Of a stretch of DNA of 55,906 nt, positions 8,836 through 18,069 are shown piece after piece. The number at the start of each line of letters is the position of its first letter. Position 1 is the stretch's first letter. Origin of the DNA: an uncultured Clostridia bacterium (GTDB lineage: Bacteria > Bacillota > Clostridia > Christensenellales > Borkfalkiaceae). Made by a program: the position numbers and the translations under genes. The notes under the pieces were generated by a model. That model worked only from the letters and a program-made list of their open reading frames with translations. It did no database searches and was not told where the DNA came from. Where the stretch lies: the NCBI GenBank assembly GCA_944328905.1, contig CALVHW010000001.1, positions 1 to 55,906 of the forward strand, read 5' to 3'.

Positions 8836-9069
8836 CTTCGCGCAAATTCTTTCAAAAGAGATGAAAGAATTTGCTTGATTTGAGAGAAAACCCGCGGGCG
8901 CGCCGCTATGCGGGCTTGGCCGCCTGTTTTCTCTCTGCGCGCGATACTTTATTTCGCTCTCAAAATTATAATCGCGCGCATTCACTCTTTCCGCATAAGC
9001 CGAATGTTTTCGGCAATTTGAGGGCGCTTTCCGAAAAGCGTGGTTTTCGGACGCGCAATAAATTATTTT
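8836..9069 (+). repeat. Structured repeat family, copy 3
   Basis: H1 GCAAATTCTTTCA/TGAAAGAATTTGC; H2 GAGAGAAAAC/GTTTTCTCTC; H3 TGCGCGCGAT/ATCGCGCGCA; H4 GCCGAA/TTCGGC; H5 TCCGAAAA-GCGTGG-TTTTCGGA. Confidence 0.92.
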
Positions 9070-9071
9070 AG

Positions 9072-9304
9072 TTCACAAAATTTGTTTTTTAGCGGCAAAA
9101 ACAAATTTTCGTGATTTTGATGGAGACACCGCCGCGCGCCGCTGGAAAGGCGGCTGTGCGGCGTTTTCTCCCTCTTTTTGCCCTTTTTTAGATGCCCTCC
9201 ATTATAGAACGGGCAAAAATTCACCCTCTTCCCGCAAGCCGAAGTGTCGGCAAATGGAGTGCGCTGGCGCAGAGACGCGGCTCTGCTTGCGCAAGAAAAT
9301 TATT
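9072..9304 (+). repeat. Structured repeat family, copy 4 (tandem to copy 3)
   Basis: H1 TCACAAAATTTGTTTTT/AAAAACAAATTTTCGTGA; H2 GGAGACACCGCCG..CGGCGTTTTCTCC; H3 TTTTTGCCC/GGGCAAAAA; H5 GCAGAG-ACGCGG-CTCTGC. Confidence 0.9.
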
Positions 9305-9355
9305 ATATCTTCGCGAACGCGAAAAATTATTTTAGTTCACAAAATTTTTTGCCGA

Positions 9356-9446
9356 GGGAGTTATAATGGAATATAATAAATTTTCCGTGAACCGCTCCGA
9401 ACGCTCCGCGTTCTGACCGCTTCCCGTCAAATTTATTATAACTCCC
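9356..9446. repeat. ~90-bp segment bounded by AT-rich inverted repeats (MITE-like)
   Basis: Left GGGAGTTATAAT(GGAATATAAT)AAATTT vs right AAATTTATTATAACTCCC. Confidence 0.55.
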
Positions 9447-9538
9447 GTTTCACCGCGATTTTATCGTTATCTGCCATATTTGTTTTTGGCAGGTATGATT
9501 GACAAAATTTTTGCTGTTTGCTTGATTTTGCGTTTTTA

Positions 9539-9636
9539 GGCTGATAAAGGGCGCGGAAATGCTTTGCAACTTTACCCTACCGCCCGCGCGCACATTTTAT
9601 TCGGCTAATATGGGGCTATCGCCCCATACCCCAAGA
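9539..9636 (-). repeat. Accessory module D, copy b
   Basis: Reverse-complement homolog of 551-648 (TCTTGGGGTATGGGGCGATAGCCCCATATT...CGCGCCCTTTATCAGCC). Confidence 0.85.
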
Positions 9637-9662
9637 TAATGACTCGCGCGAGTAAAAACATT

Positions 9663-9851
9663 AAAATAATTTACTGCGCGTGGCAAAACCACGTTTTTGC
9701 CTAAGCGCACCCAATTTGTCGCAAACCTGCGACCTGAGCGGGTGAATGCGGCGCGCGTATAAATGGAGAGCGCCTAAAAATGCGCGCCGCAGAGGGCAGA
9801 GCCCTCAAAATCACGGAAAATTTGCGAACTCTTTTCGCAAATTTTCGTGAA
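9663..9851 (-). repeat. Structured repeat family, copy 5 (inverted; H2 reduced)
   Basis: On minus strand: H1 with AAGAG loop, GAGGGC/GCCCTC, H3 TGCGGCGCGC/GCGCGCCGCA with loop GGCGCTCTCCATTT, ATTCACCC, AAATTGGGTGCGC, GGCAAAA-ACGTGG-TTTTGCC, tail ATTATTTT. Confidence 0.88.
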
Positions 9852-9855
9852 AAAG

Positions 9856-12800
9856 TTAGGCTACGGTATCCCCGCCGAGTTTGCTCTCCACCTCCGACAG
9901 TTTGACGGAGACGATTTTGGAAACGCCCTTTTCTTCCATGGTAACGCCGAAGAGGCTGTCTGCCTTTTCCATGGTGGGTTTGCGGTGAGTGATGACGATA
10001 AACTGCGTTTCTTTGGCGAATTTCTTTAAGAACTGCGCGAATTTATCGACGTTCGCCTCGTCTAATGCCGCCTCGATTTCGTCGAGCACGCAGAAGGGCA
10101 TGGGGCGCAGCATCAGGATGGCGAACAGGATGGCGATCGCCGTGAGCGCGCGCTCGCCGCCCGAAAGCAGCGAAATTTTGGTGAGTTTTTTGCCGGGCGG
10201 GCACGCCACGATCTCCACGCCGGCAGACAGCGGATCGTCGCACTCGGAATAATCCATTTGCAGTTCCGCGCGGCCGCCGCCGAACAGTTCTTTGAACAGT
10301 TTTTTGAAGTTTTCGTTGATCTGGTTGAAGCCTTCGTCGAACTGCTTTTGCATTTCGCCTTTTAGCTCTTCGAGTGCGGCGGTGGTGTCGTCGATGCCCT
10401 TTTGCACGTCGTCGCGCTGGGTGCACATTTCCTGGTACTGGGCGTTGAGCGTTTCGTACTCCTCGAGCGCGTTGTGGTTGATGGCGCCGAGCGCGCCGAT
10501 TTCCCGCTTTAAGCGGTTGACCGCCGTTTGCCCCTCTTTGGGATCGAATTCGTCGCTCTTGTATTGCAGGCAGCTCTCGTACGTTTCCTGGTACTCTTCG
10601 TCGATGCGCGCCTGCAGATTTTCCAGGTCGGAATCGATTTTGGTGAGTTCGATCTCCTGTTTGTGGCGCTCTTCGGAAAGCTGCTCGATGCGGTCGTTGA
10701 GGGTGCGCGTTTGGCCGAGCACGCCTTCGAGTTCGGCGTTGAGCGTTTGCTTTTCTTGCTGCCCCGCCGCCTGGCGCGCGCGCAGGGCGGAGAGTTCTTC
10801 GCGCTGCCGGGGCGTGAACGCCGCTTTTTCCGCCATGTCTTTGAGGTCGACAATGGTGGCGGCGATGTTTTTTATATTGCTGTTGGCATCGGCGATGCGC
10901 CTTTCCAGTTCCTCTTTTTCGCGGGAAAGGCGGAGAACATCGCCGCGGCTCGCCTCGGCGCCGGCGTTCCACTGCGCGATGTACACCTGCAGCACGTTCT
11001 GGCGCATATTGCGCTGGCCGAGTTCGGATTTGAGTTTATCGTACTCGCTTTTGCGGCGGTCGGATTCGCCCTCGGCGTCGCTCTTTAACCGGGCGATCTG
11101 TTCTTCGCCCTCGGCGGATGCGGAAAAGTCGCTGTCGATGCCCTTTAAGCGCTCGTAGAGGACGGCGAGGGTATCTTCCTGCACTTGCAGGTCCTTTTCT
11201 TCCTGCTCGCAGCGGGCGGTGAGCGATTGCTTTTTTTCAGCGAGCGCCGCGATGCGCGAGCGCGCCTCCTGAAAACTTTCGCGCAGCATTTCCAGTTCCT
11301 GCATGCCCTTGTTTTTCTTTTCTTCGAGCGCGGCGCGCTTGGCGGTGAGTTCCGCCTTTTGCTTTTCGGCGGCGGCGATGTTCGCGCGCGTCTCTTCGAT
11401 GCGGCGCTCGTTGGCGAGGAAGTTGCTGCCGCCCTCGCGCCGCGAGCCGCCCGTCATCGAGCCGCTCGTGGAGATGACGTCGCCGTCGAGCGTGACGATG
11501 CGGAAAGCGTGCGGATACTTTTTGGCGATATCCGTGGCGCTCGCGATGGTGTCGGCGATGAGCGTGTTGCCGATGAGATTGTAGATGACGTTGTCGTAAT
11601 ATTTATCGTAGCGGACGAGGTCGTTGGCAAGCCCCACGGCGCCCTTTTCTTTCAATGCGCGGCGGGTGTACTCCGTTTCGTAGCGCGGCTTTAAGGAGGC
11701 GACGGGCAAAAAGGTGATCTGCCCGCCCTTGGTGCGCTTTAAGTACTCGATGAGCCAGCGGGCATCGTCGCTGGTGGCGGTGACGATGTTCTGCATGGCG
11801 CCGCCGAACGCCGTTTCGATGGCGACTTCGTACTTTTCGTCCGTCTTGACGATGTCGGCAATGACGCCCTTGACGCGCTTGGAAATTTCCGGATCGCGGC
11901 GGGCGTCGCCCATGAGTTTTTTGACGGAGAATTTATAGCCCTCGAAATCGTTCTTGACGCTGTTGTAGAAGCGCCCGCGGTCGGAAAGGGCGGAAATGCG
12001 CGCGCCGCAGTCGAAAATCTGTTCGGAAACGGCGTCTGCCTCGGTGACCAGCGCGGCGATCTCTTCCTCTTTTGCCGCCTTGATCTCCTTTTCGCGCGAG
12101 AGGTATTCTTCCACCTCGTCGTGCCAGGAAACGCAGTCGGCGAGCGCCTTTTTATCCTCCGCGAGTTTGGCGCGGATCTCTTCCGCCGCGGCGGCGATTT
12201 CGTTTATGCGCTCCTGCACCGCCTCTTTTTTGGCCGAAAGCGTGCCGATGTTCTGGCGGATCTCGGAGAGGTTTTCCAGGCGGTCGATGACGCTTTTGTG
12301 CGATTCGCCTTCGAGCGCCTCGTATTCGGACAGTTTGCCCGTGAGTTCTTTGACCTCTTCGGCGAGTTGGGCGCTCTCTTTCTGCGCGCCCTCGATTTTG
12401 GAAAGCAGGTCTTTGACGTTCGCCTCGGCTTTTTCCGCCTCGACGGCGATGGCCGCGATGCGCGCGGCGCTCTCTTCGGAGACGCGTTCCTCGTTTTTTT
12501 GCTGTTCGAGGAAGAAGGAGATGCGCTCGCGGATGACTTTGGCGTCGCCCTCCTTTTTTTCTAAATCGACGGTGTATTTGAGGATCTCGTCGCTCAAAGA
12601 TTGCAGCGTCTGGTCGATCTCCGCGATGCGGCGGCGGGCGGAAGCGTACTTTTCTTCCAGCGATTCCACGCGCTCGCGGTTTTCGGCGATCTCGCTTTGC
12701 AGGCTGTCGGCGCGGATGCGGATGGCGGCGCGCGCCGATTCGGCGTTGTCGTGCTTGTATATGTAGAGGTTGATTTCGTTGTGTTTGAGCTGCTCGTACA

Positions 12801-13455
12801 GTTCTTTGTATTTTTTCGTCTTTTCTGCCTGGCGCGCGAGGGGGGTGAGCATATGCTCGACCTCGCCCATCCTCTGCAGGAAAATATTGAGGTTGGTGTA
12901 GGAGTTGGAGAGGCGCCGCTCGATATCCTGCTTGCGCGATTTGAACATGATGATGCCCGTCGCCTCTTCGAAAATGGCGCGGCGGTCTTCGGGTTTGGCG
13001 TTCATGATTTGCTCGATTTTGCCCTGGCCGATGATGGAATACCCCTCTTTGCCAAGGCCGACGGCGTGCAGGCGGTCGACGATGTCTTTCATGCGGCAGG
13101 GCTGCTTGTTGATGGCGTACTCGCTTTCGCCGCTGCGGAACAGGCGGCGCGTGAACGCCACTTCGTCGTATTCGAGATCCTCGAACATACGCGTGGAGTT
13201 ATCGAACGTGAGCGTGACCTCGCAGAACGACTGGCTCTTACGCTGCTGCGTGCCGCCGAAAATGACGTCCTGCATATTGGAGCCGCGCATGGTCTTGGCC
13301 GACTGTTCGCCGAACACCCAGCGGATGGAATCGGCCACGTTGCTCTTGCCGCAGCCGTTCGGCCCGACGATGCAGGTGACGCCGTTATCGAATTTGATTT
13401 CGGTTTTATCCGCAAAGGATTTGAAACCGTTGAGTTCGACTTTTTTGAAATTCAA
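9856..13455 (-). CDS. smc: Chromosome segregation protein SMC
   Basis: GFKSFAD, Walker A GPNGCGKSN, coiled coils with hinge, LSGGE signature, LDEIEAALDEAN; rnc-smc-ftsY synteny. Confidence 0.99.
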   Translation of the reverse strand: MNFKKVELNGFKSFADKTEIKFDNGVTCIVGPNGCGKSNVADSIRWVFGEQSAKTMRGSNMQDVIFGGTQQRKSQSFCEVTLTFDNSTRMFEDLEYDEVAFTRRLFRSGESEYAINKQPCRMKDIVDRLHAVGLGKEGYSIIGQGKIEQIMNAKPEDRRAIFEEATGIIMFKSRKQDIERRLSNSYTNLNIFLQRMGEVEHMLTPLARQAEKTKKYKELYEQLKHNEINLYIYKHDNAESARAAIRIRADSLQSEIAENRERVESLEEKYASARRRIAEIDQTLQSLSDEILKYTVDLEKKEGDAKVIRERISFFLEQQKNEERVSEESAARIAAIAVEAEKAEANVKDLLSKIEGAQKESAQLAEEVKELTGKLSEYEALEGESHKSVIDRLENLSEIRQNIGTLSAKKEAVQERINEIAAAAEEIRAKLAEDKKALADCVSWHDEVEEYLSREKEIKAAKEEEIAALVTEADAVSEQIFDCGARISALSDRGRFYNSVKNDFEGYKFSVKKLMGDARRDPEISKRVKGVIADIVKTDEKYEVAIETAFGGAMQNIVTATSDDARWLIEYLKRTKGGQITFLPVASLKPRYETEYTRRALKEKGAVGLANDLVRYDKYYDNVIYNLIGNTLIADTIASATDIAKKYPHAFRIVTLDGDVISTSGSMTGGSRREGGSNFLANERRIEETRANIAAAEKQKAELTAKRAALEEKKNKGMQELEMLRESFQEARSRIAALAEKKQSLTARCEQEEKDLQVQEDTLAVLYERLKGIDSDFSASAEGEEQIARLKSDAEGESDRRKSEYDKLKSELGQRNMRQNVLQVYIAQWNAGAEASRGDVLRLSREKEELERRIADANSNIKNIAATIVDLKDMAEKAAFTPRQREELSALRARQAAGQQEKQTLNAELEGVLGQTRTLNDRIEQLSEERHKQEIELTKIDSDLENLQARIDEEYQETYESCLQYKSDEFDPKEGQTAVNRLKREIGALGAINHNALEEYETLNAQYQEMCTQRDDVQKGIDDTTAALEELKGEMQKQFDEGFNQINENFKKLFKELFGGGRAELQMDYSECDDPLSAGVEIVACPPGKKLTKISLLSGGERALTAIAILFAILMLRPMPFCVLDEIEAALDEANVDKFAQFLKKFAKETQFIVITHRKPTMEKADSLFGVTMEEKGVSKIVSVKLSEVESKLGGDTVA

Positions 13456-13458
13456 AAC

Positions 13459-14121
13459 CTATTCTCCCTTTATAAGGCATTGCAGCAACTGCTTTGCCGC
13501 CGATTTTTCTGCCGCGCGCACCGTTTTGCCCGTGCCGACGGCGCTTTTGCCCGCCGCCGTCGCCTGTACGGTAAAGACGGGCGCCACGTCTTCCCCTTCC
13601 CGCCGCACAAGTTCGTATGCGGCGCGCGGAAGGTGCCTGCCCTGCAAGTATTCTTGCAATTCCCCTTTATAGTTCGGCTCCGCCTGCTGCGCCAGCGGCA
13701 GGTACGCCGCCACGAATTTTTGCGCGGGGACGATGCCGCCGTCGAGATAAATGGCCGCCACGATCGCCTCGAACAGGCTGGAAACCGCCTTTTTGCCCGG
13801 ATCGCCGCGCATACCCGCGGAGATGCGCAGGTATTTTTCCAAACCCAAGGCGCGCACGGCCGATTCGAGCGGGGCTGCCGAAACGCAGCGGATGCGCCGC
13901 GCCGTCATCTCCCCTTCGCGCTCGCCGCCCGCGCGGTACAGCGCGTCGGCGACCAGAAAGCCGAGCAGGGCATCGCCCAAAAATTCCAGCCGCTCGTTGC
14001 TCTCGCAGCCGTGCTCGCCCGCATAGGAAGCGTGCGTGAAACACGTTTCCAGAAGGCGCTTATCGCGGAACGTATAGCCGATTTTTTGTTCGATTTCGGA
14101 AAAAACGTCAGTGTTCGGCAC
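13459..14121 (-). CDS. rnc: Ribonuclease III
   Basis: NERLEFLGDA signature, FEAIVAAIYLD, C-terminal dsRBD (YKGELQE...AEKSAA). Confidence 0.96.
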   Translation of the reverse strand: MPNTDVFSEIEQKIGYTFRDKRLLETCFTHASYAGEHGCESNERLEFLGDALLGFLVADALYRAGGEREGEMTARRIRCVSAAPLESAVRALGLEKYLRISAGMRGDPGKKAVSSLFEAIVAAIYLDGGIVPAQKFVAAYLPLAQQAEPNYKGELQEYLQGRHLPRAAYELVRREGEDVAPVFTVQATAAGKSAVGTGKTVRAAEKSAAKQLLQCLIKGE

Positions 14122-15151
14122 CGGTACCCGCGGCGGCCGCCGCCTCCCAATCGACGCCTTCGAGCAGTTTTTTGATGTCGGCGATCAGGCCGTTCGCGGC
14201 GGCGTCTTTCGCCTGCAAAACGGACGCGCAGATGGAATCGGCATTGCTCGACCCGTGCGACTTGACCACGACCTTTTCGATGCCCAAAAGCACCGCGCCG
14301 CCGTATTTGTGGTAATCCATCTTCTCTTTGATGTTTTTGAACGCCTTTTTCATGAACAGCGCGTAGCCGAGTTTGGCGGAAAACGACTGCATGATGCTGT
14401 TTTTGATGATCTTCATGACGGCGGACGCCGTGCCCTCGACCGTTTTGAGGGCGATGTTGCCGGAAAAACCGTCGCACACGGCGACGTCGATGTCGCCGCT
14501 CATGATGTCGCGCCCCTCGACGTTGCCGACGAAGTTGATGCCCGGCAATGTTTTGAGGATGGCGTGCGCCTCCTGGTGGAGCGGATCGCCCTTGTGCTCT
14601 TCGGTGCCGTTGGTGACGAGGCCGACGCGCGGGTTTTTGACGCCGTTTGCCTTGGCGTACGCCGTGCCCATGATGGCGAAGTGCGCGAGGTTGACCGGCT
14701 TGCACTCGGCGTTGGCGCCCGCGTCGATGAGCAGTACCCTGCCGCCCTTGGCGGTGGGGAGCATGGGGCAGACGGCGGGACGGGAAATGCCGCGGATGCG
14801 GCCGACGCGCAGCAGCGCGCCCGTGAGCACCGCGCCCGTGGAACCGGCGCAGACGAGCCCCTGCACCGCATCGTTCTCTTTGAGGAGATTGAGCGCCACC
14901 ACGAGGGAGGAATCCTTTTTCTGCCGGATGGCTACGGTGGGCGCATCGTCGTTGGTGACGATTTCGGTGGTGTGCACGATCTCTACGCGGTCCTCATCGT
15001 AAGTGTACGCGGAGAGGCAGTTTTCGATTTGCGCCTCGTCGCCGGTGAACACGACGGAGAGATCTTTGTCTTTGGAAAGCGCCATGACGGCGCCCTTTAC
15101 GATTTCTGCGGGGGCGTTGTCGCCGCCCATGGCATCGACGATAATTTTCAT
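14108..15151 (-). CDS. plsX: Phosphate acyltransferase PlsX
   Basis: MKIIVDAMGGDNAP, AGSTGA, DAGANAE, CDGFSGN, KSHGSS; start at 15151 after AAGGAG. Confidence 0.98.
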   Translation of the reverse strand: MKIIVDAMGGDNAPAEIVKGAVMALSKDKDLSVVFTGDEAQIENCLSAYTYDEDRVEIVHTTEIVTNDDAPTVAIRQKKDSSLVVALNLLKENDAVQGLVCAGSTGAVLTGALLRVGRIRGISRPAVCPMLPTAKGGRVLLIDAGANAECKPVNLAHFAIMGTAYAKANGVKNPRVGLVTNGTEEHKGDPLHQEAHAILKTLPGINFVGNVEGRDIMSGDIDVAVCDGFSGNIALKTVEGTASAVMKIIKNSIMQSFSAKLGYALFMKKAFKNIKEKMDYHKYGGAVLLGIEKVVVKSHGSSNADSICASVLQAKDAAANGLIADIKKLLEGVDWEAAAAAGTGAEH

Positions 15152-15164
15152 AAAAAAATTACTC

Positions 15165-15395
15165 CTTCGCGCAAATCTCCGCAAAAAAGATGCGGATATT
15201 TGCTTGATTTGAGAGAAAACCCGCGGGCGCGCGGCTTTGCCGCTGGCCGCCTGTTTTCTCTCTTTGCGCGATATTTTAAGGGCTCTCAAAATTTTAATCG
15301 CGCAAATTCACTCTTTCCGCATGAGCCGTAAGAATGCGGCTAATTGGGGGCGCTTTCCGAAAAATGTGATTTTCGGACGCGCAGTAAATTATTTT
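15165..15395 (+). repeat. Structured repeat family, copy 6
   Basis: Closely matches copies 3 and 8; H3 TTTGCGCGAT/ATCGCGCAAA; H5 TCCGAAAA-ATGTGA-TTTTCGGA. Confidence 0.92.
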
Positions 15396-15396
15396 G

Positions 15397-15695
15397 AAAT
15401 AATCTACTCGCGCAAGCAAAACCGCGCTTTTGCGTTTGCGCACCCCAATTTGCCAACGCTTTGGCTTACGGGAAGAGGGTGAATTTGCGGCTTTATGTAA
15501 TTGTTTGGAGCCCTTAATATAAGCCGCAAAGAGGGAGAAAACGCCGCAGAAAATGCGTCAGCATTTGAACGGCGGTGTCTCCTTCAACTCTCGGAAAATC
15601 GCAGGCGTAATCGGAGACGATTGCGGTGCACTCGTTTTCGCCATTGCAAGCAAGTGAAAGCCTCGTGCACCTTCAGCTCGCCGAGATTTTCGAGA
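15397..15695 (-). repeat. Structured repeat family, copy 7 (inverted, tail-to-tail with copy 6; holds 88-bp module C)
   Basis: On minus strand: GGAGACACCGCCG..CGGCGTTTTCTCC, H3 TTTGCGGCTT/AAGCCGCAAA, TTCACCCTCTTCCC, AAATTGGGGTGCGC, GCAAAA-GCGCGG-TTTTGC. Confidence 0.9.
15599..15686 (+). repeat. Module C, 88-bp element identical (reverse complement) to 21490-21577
   Basis: Base-by-base identity by eye; internal stems AATCG-GAGA-CGATT, GGTGCAC/GTGCACC, GGCG/CGCC. Confidence 0.92.
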
Positions 15696-15701
15696 ACACT
15701 T

Positions 15702-17084
<1,383 letters not shown>

Positions 17085-17133
17085 GGTATTTTCTCCGTTT
17101 GCGGAATTTTTCTGCATTGTATATTTGCATAAT

Positions 17134-17162
17134 ATTGTAGCAGAAAACGCGCGATTTATCAA
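17134..17162 (-). promoter_or_regulatory. SigmaA promoter of asnS
   Basis: TTGATA-17 bp-(TGc)TACAAT about 50 nt upstream of ATG. Confidence 0.65.
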
Positions 17163-17370
17163 GTATAAATTTGTCGAAAAGCAAAAAAGTTAAAAGACGG
17201 CTTTGCGCCGTGAAACATTTTGCCGCGGCGGGGCGGAACACAGACTGACCGCCGCCCGTTTGCGGCGCAAAAACCGCCCCGCGAATGCGGGGCGGCGGTT
17301 GCGTTTGCATTTTGTGCGTGTTCTTGCATTTTTGCGGCGGAAAGCCGCTTCGCGTGATATTGCGCGAGGC

Positions 17371-17507
17371 GGCTTTTACGTTAAAAATTTGCGCGGCAGG
17401 CGGCAAGCGGCCGCTTTTACGACAAACGTTTGCGCGCGGCGGGCAAAATTTCGCTGTTTCGGCAAAAAACTGTGTGCGCGGGCAGCAAAACGCCGCTTTT
17501 TACGGCA
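17371..17507. repeat. Degenerate ~41-bp tandem repeat (about 3.3 units)
   Basis: GCTTTT(A)CG...AAA..TTTGCGCG..GGC.GCAA units starting near 17372, 17413, 17453, 17495. Confidence 0.5.
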
Positions 17508-18021
17508 GTTTTTTGTAAAAAATGAGGTCGGTCTGCACGTCTTGCCCGAGCAAGAAGGTGTGCGCGCTCACCTGCGAAAAACCGAACGTTTTGTAAAACG
17601 CCTGGGCGGGATAATTGTGCTCCCACACGCCCAGCCATATGCCCGCGGAATCCTCTTCGCGCGCGCGGCGCAGTGCCGTTTCCATGAGCGCTTTGCCGAT
17701 GCCCGTGCGCTTATATTCCGCCAGAACGTACAGCCGCTGCACTTCGGCGCAGCCGGGAAAGTGCGGCTCCGTTTGCGCCGCGCCGAAATTTAATTTCATG
17801 TACGCGGCGGGGCGCCCCGCGCTTTCCGCGAGATAAAATTCGCTCTGCGGCATCGCAAGTTCGCGCGCGAGCGCGGCGGGCGTGAAATTTTCGGAAATAT
17901 ACTGCCGCATATCTTCGGACGTGTTGCAGTGTTCGAACGTTTCGCAGAACGTTTGCGCGCCGAGCGCGGCGAGTGTGGCGGCGTCGGCCGCCGTACAGGC
18001 GCGGCAGGTGATGTTTTTCAT
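17500..18021 (-). CDS. GNAT acetyltransferase (PaiA-like)
   Basis: TFCETF, EVQRLYV...GIGKALM, WLGVWEHN..AQAFY..FGF. Confidence 0.9.
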   Translation of the reverse strand: MKNITCRACTAADAATLAALGAQTFCETFEHCNTSEDMRQYISENFTPAALARELAMPQSEFYLAESAGRPAAYMKLNFGAAQTEPHFPGCAEVQRLYVLAEYKRTGIGKALMETALRRAREEDSAGIWLGVWEHNYPAQAFYKTFGFSQVSAHTFLLGQDVQTDLIFYKKLP

Positions 18022-18069
18022 AGTACGTTCCCCATAAAAACGGCCGCCCCGATCGGCGGCCGCTGTGTT

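Noticed and set aside
8936-9030. Canonical HDV-like ribozyme in the repeat unit
   Set aside because: Only 6-7 nt lie between the P2-like strand and the P1 3' arm (no room for P3/L3), and an ~18-nt linker replaces the P1.1 GG. Kept only as a loose resemblance.
8836-9851. CRISPR array or TIGR-like guide array
   Set aside because: Units are ~230 bp, not identical short repeats with unique constant-length spacers, and no cas or Nop-domain gene is nearby.
15152-15289. N-terminal extensions of plsX (also ftsY, VanW, PNPOx) in the ORF track
   Set aside because: The extensions run through repeat sequence; better starts with SD motifs lie downstream.
17085-17500. T-box riboswitch upstream of asnS
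   Set aside because: The promoter lies only ~50 nt upstream of the ATG and no UGGNACC T-box motif or terminator is in the leader.
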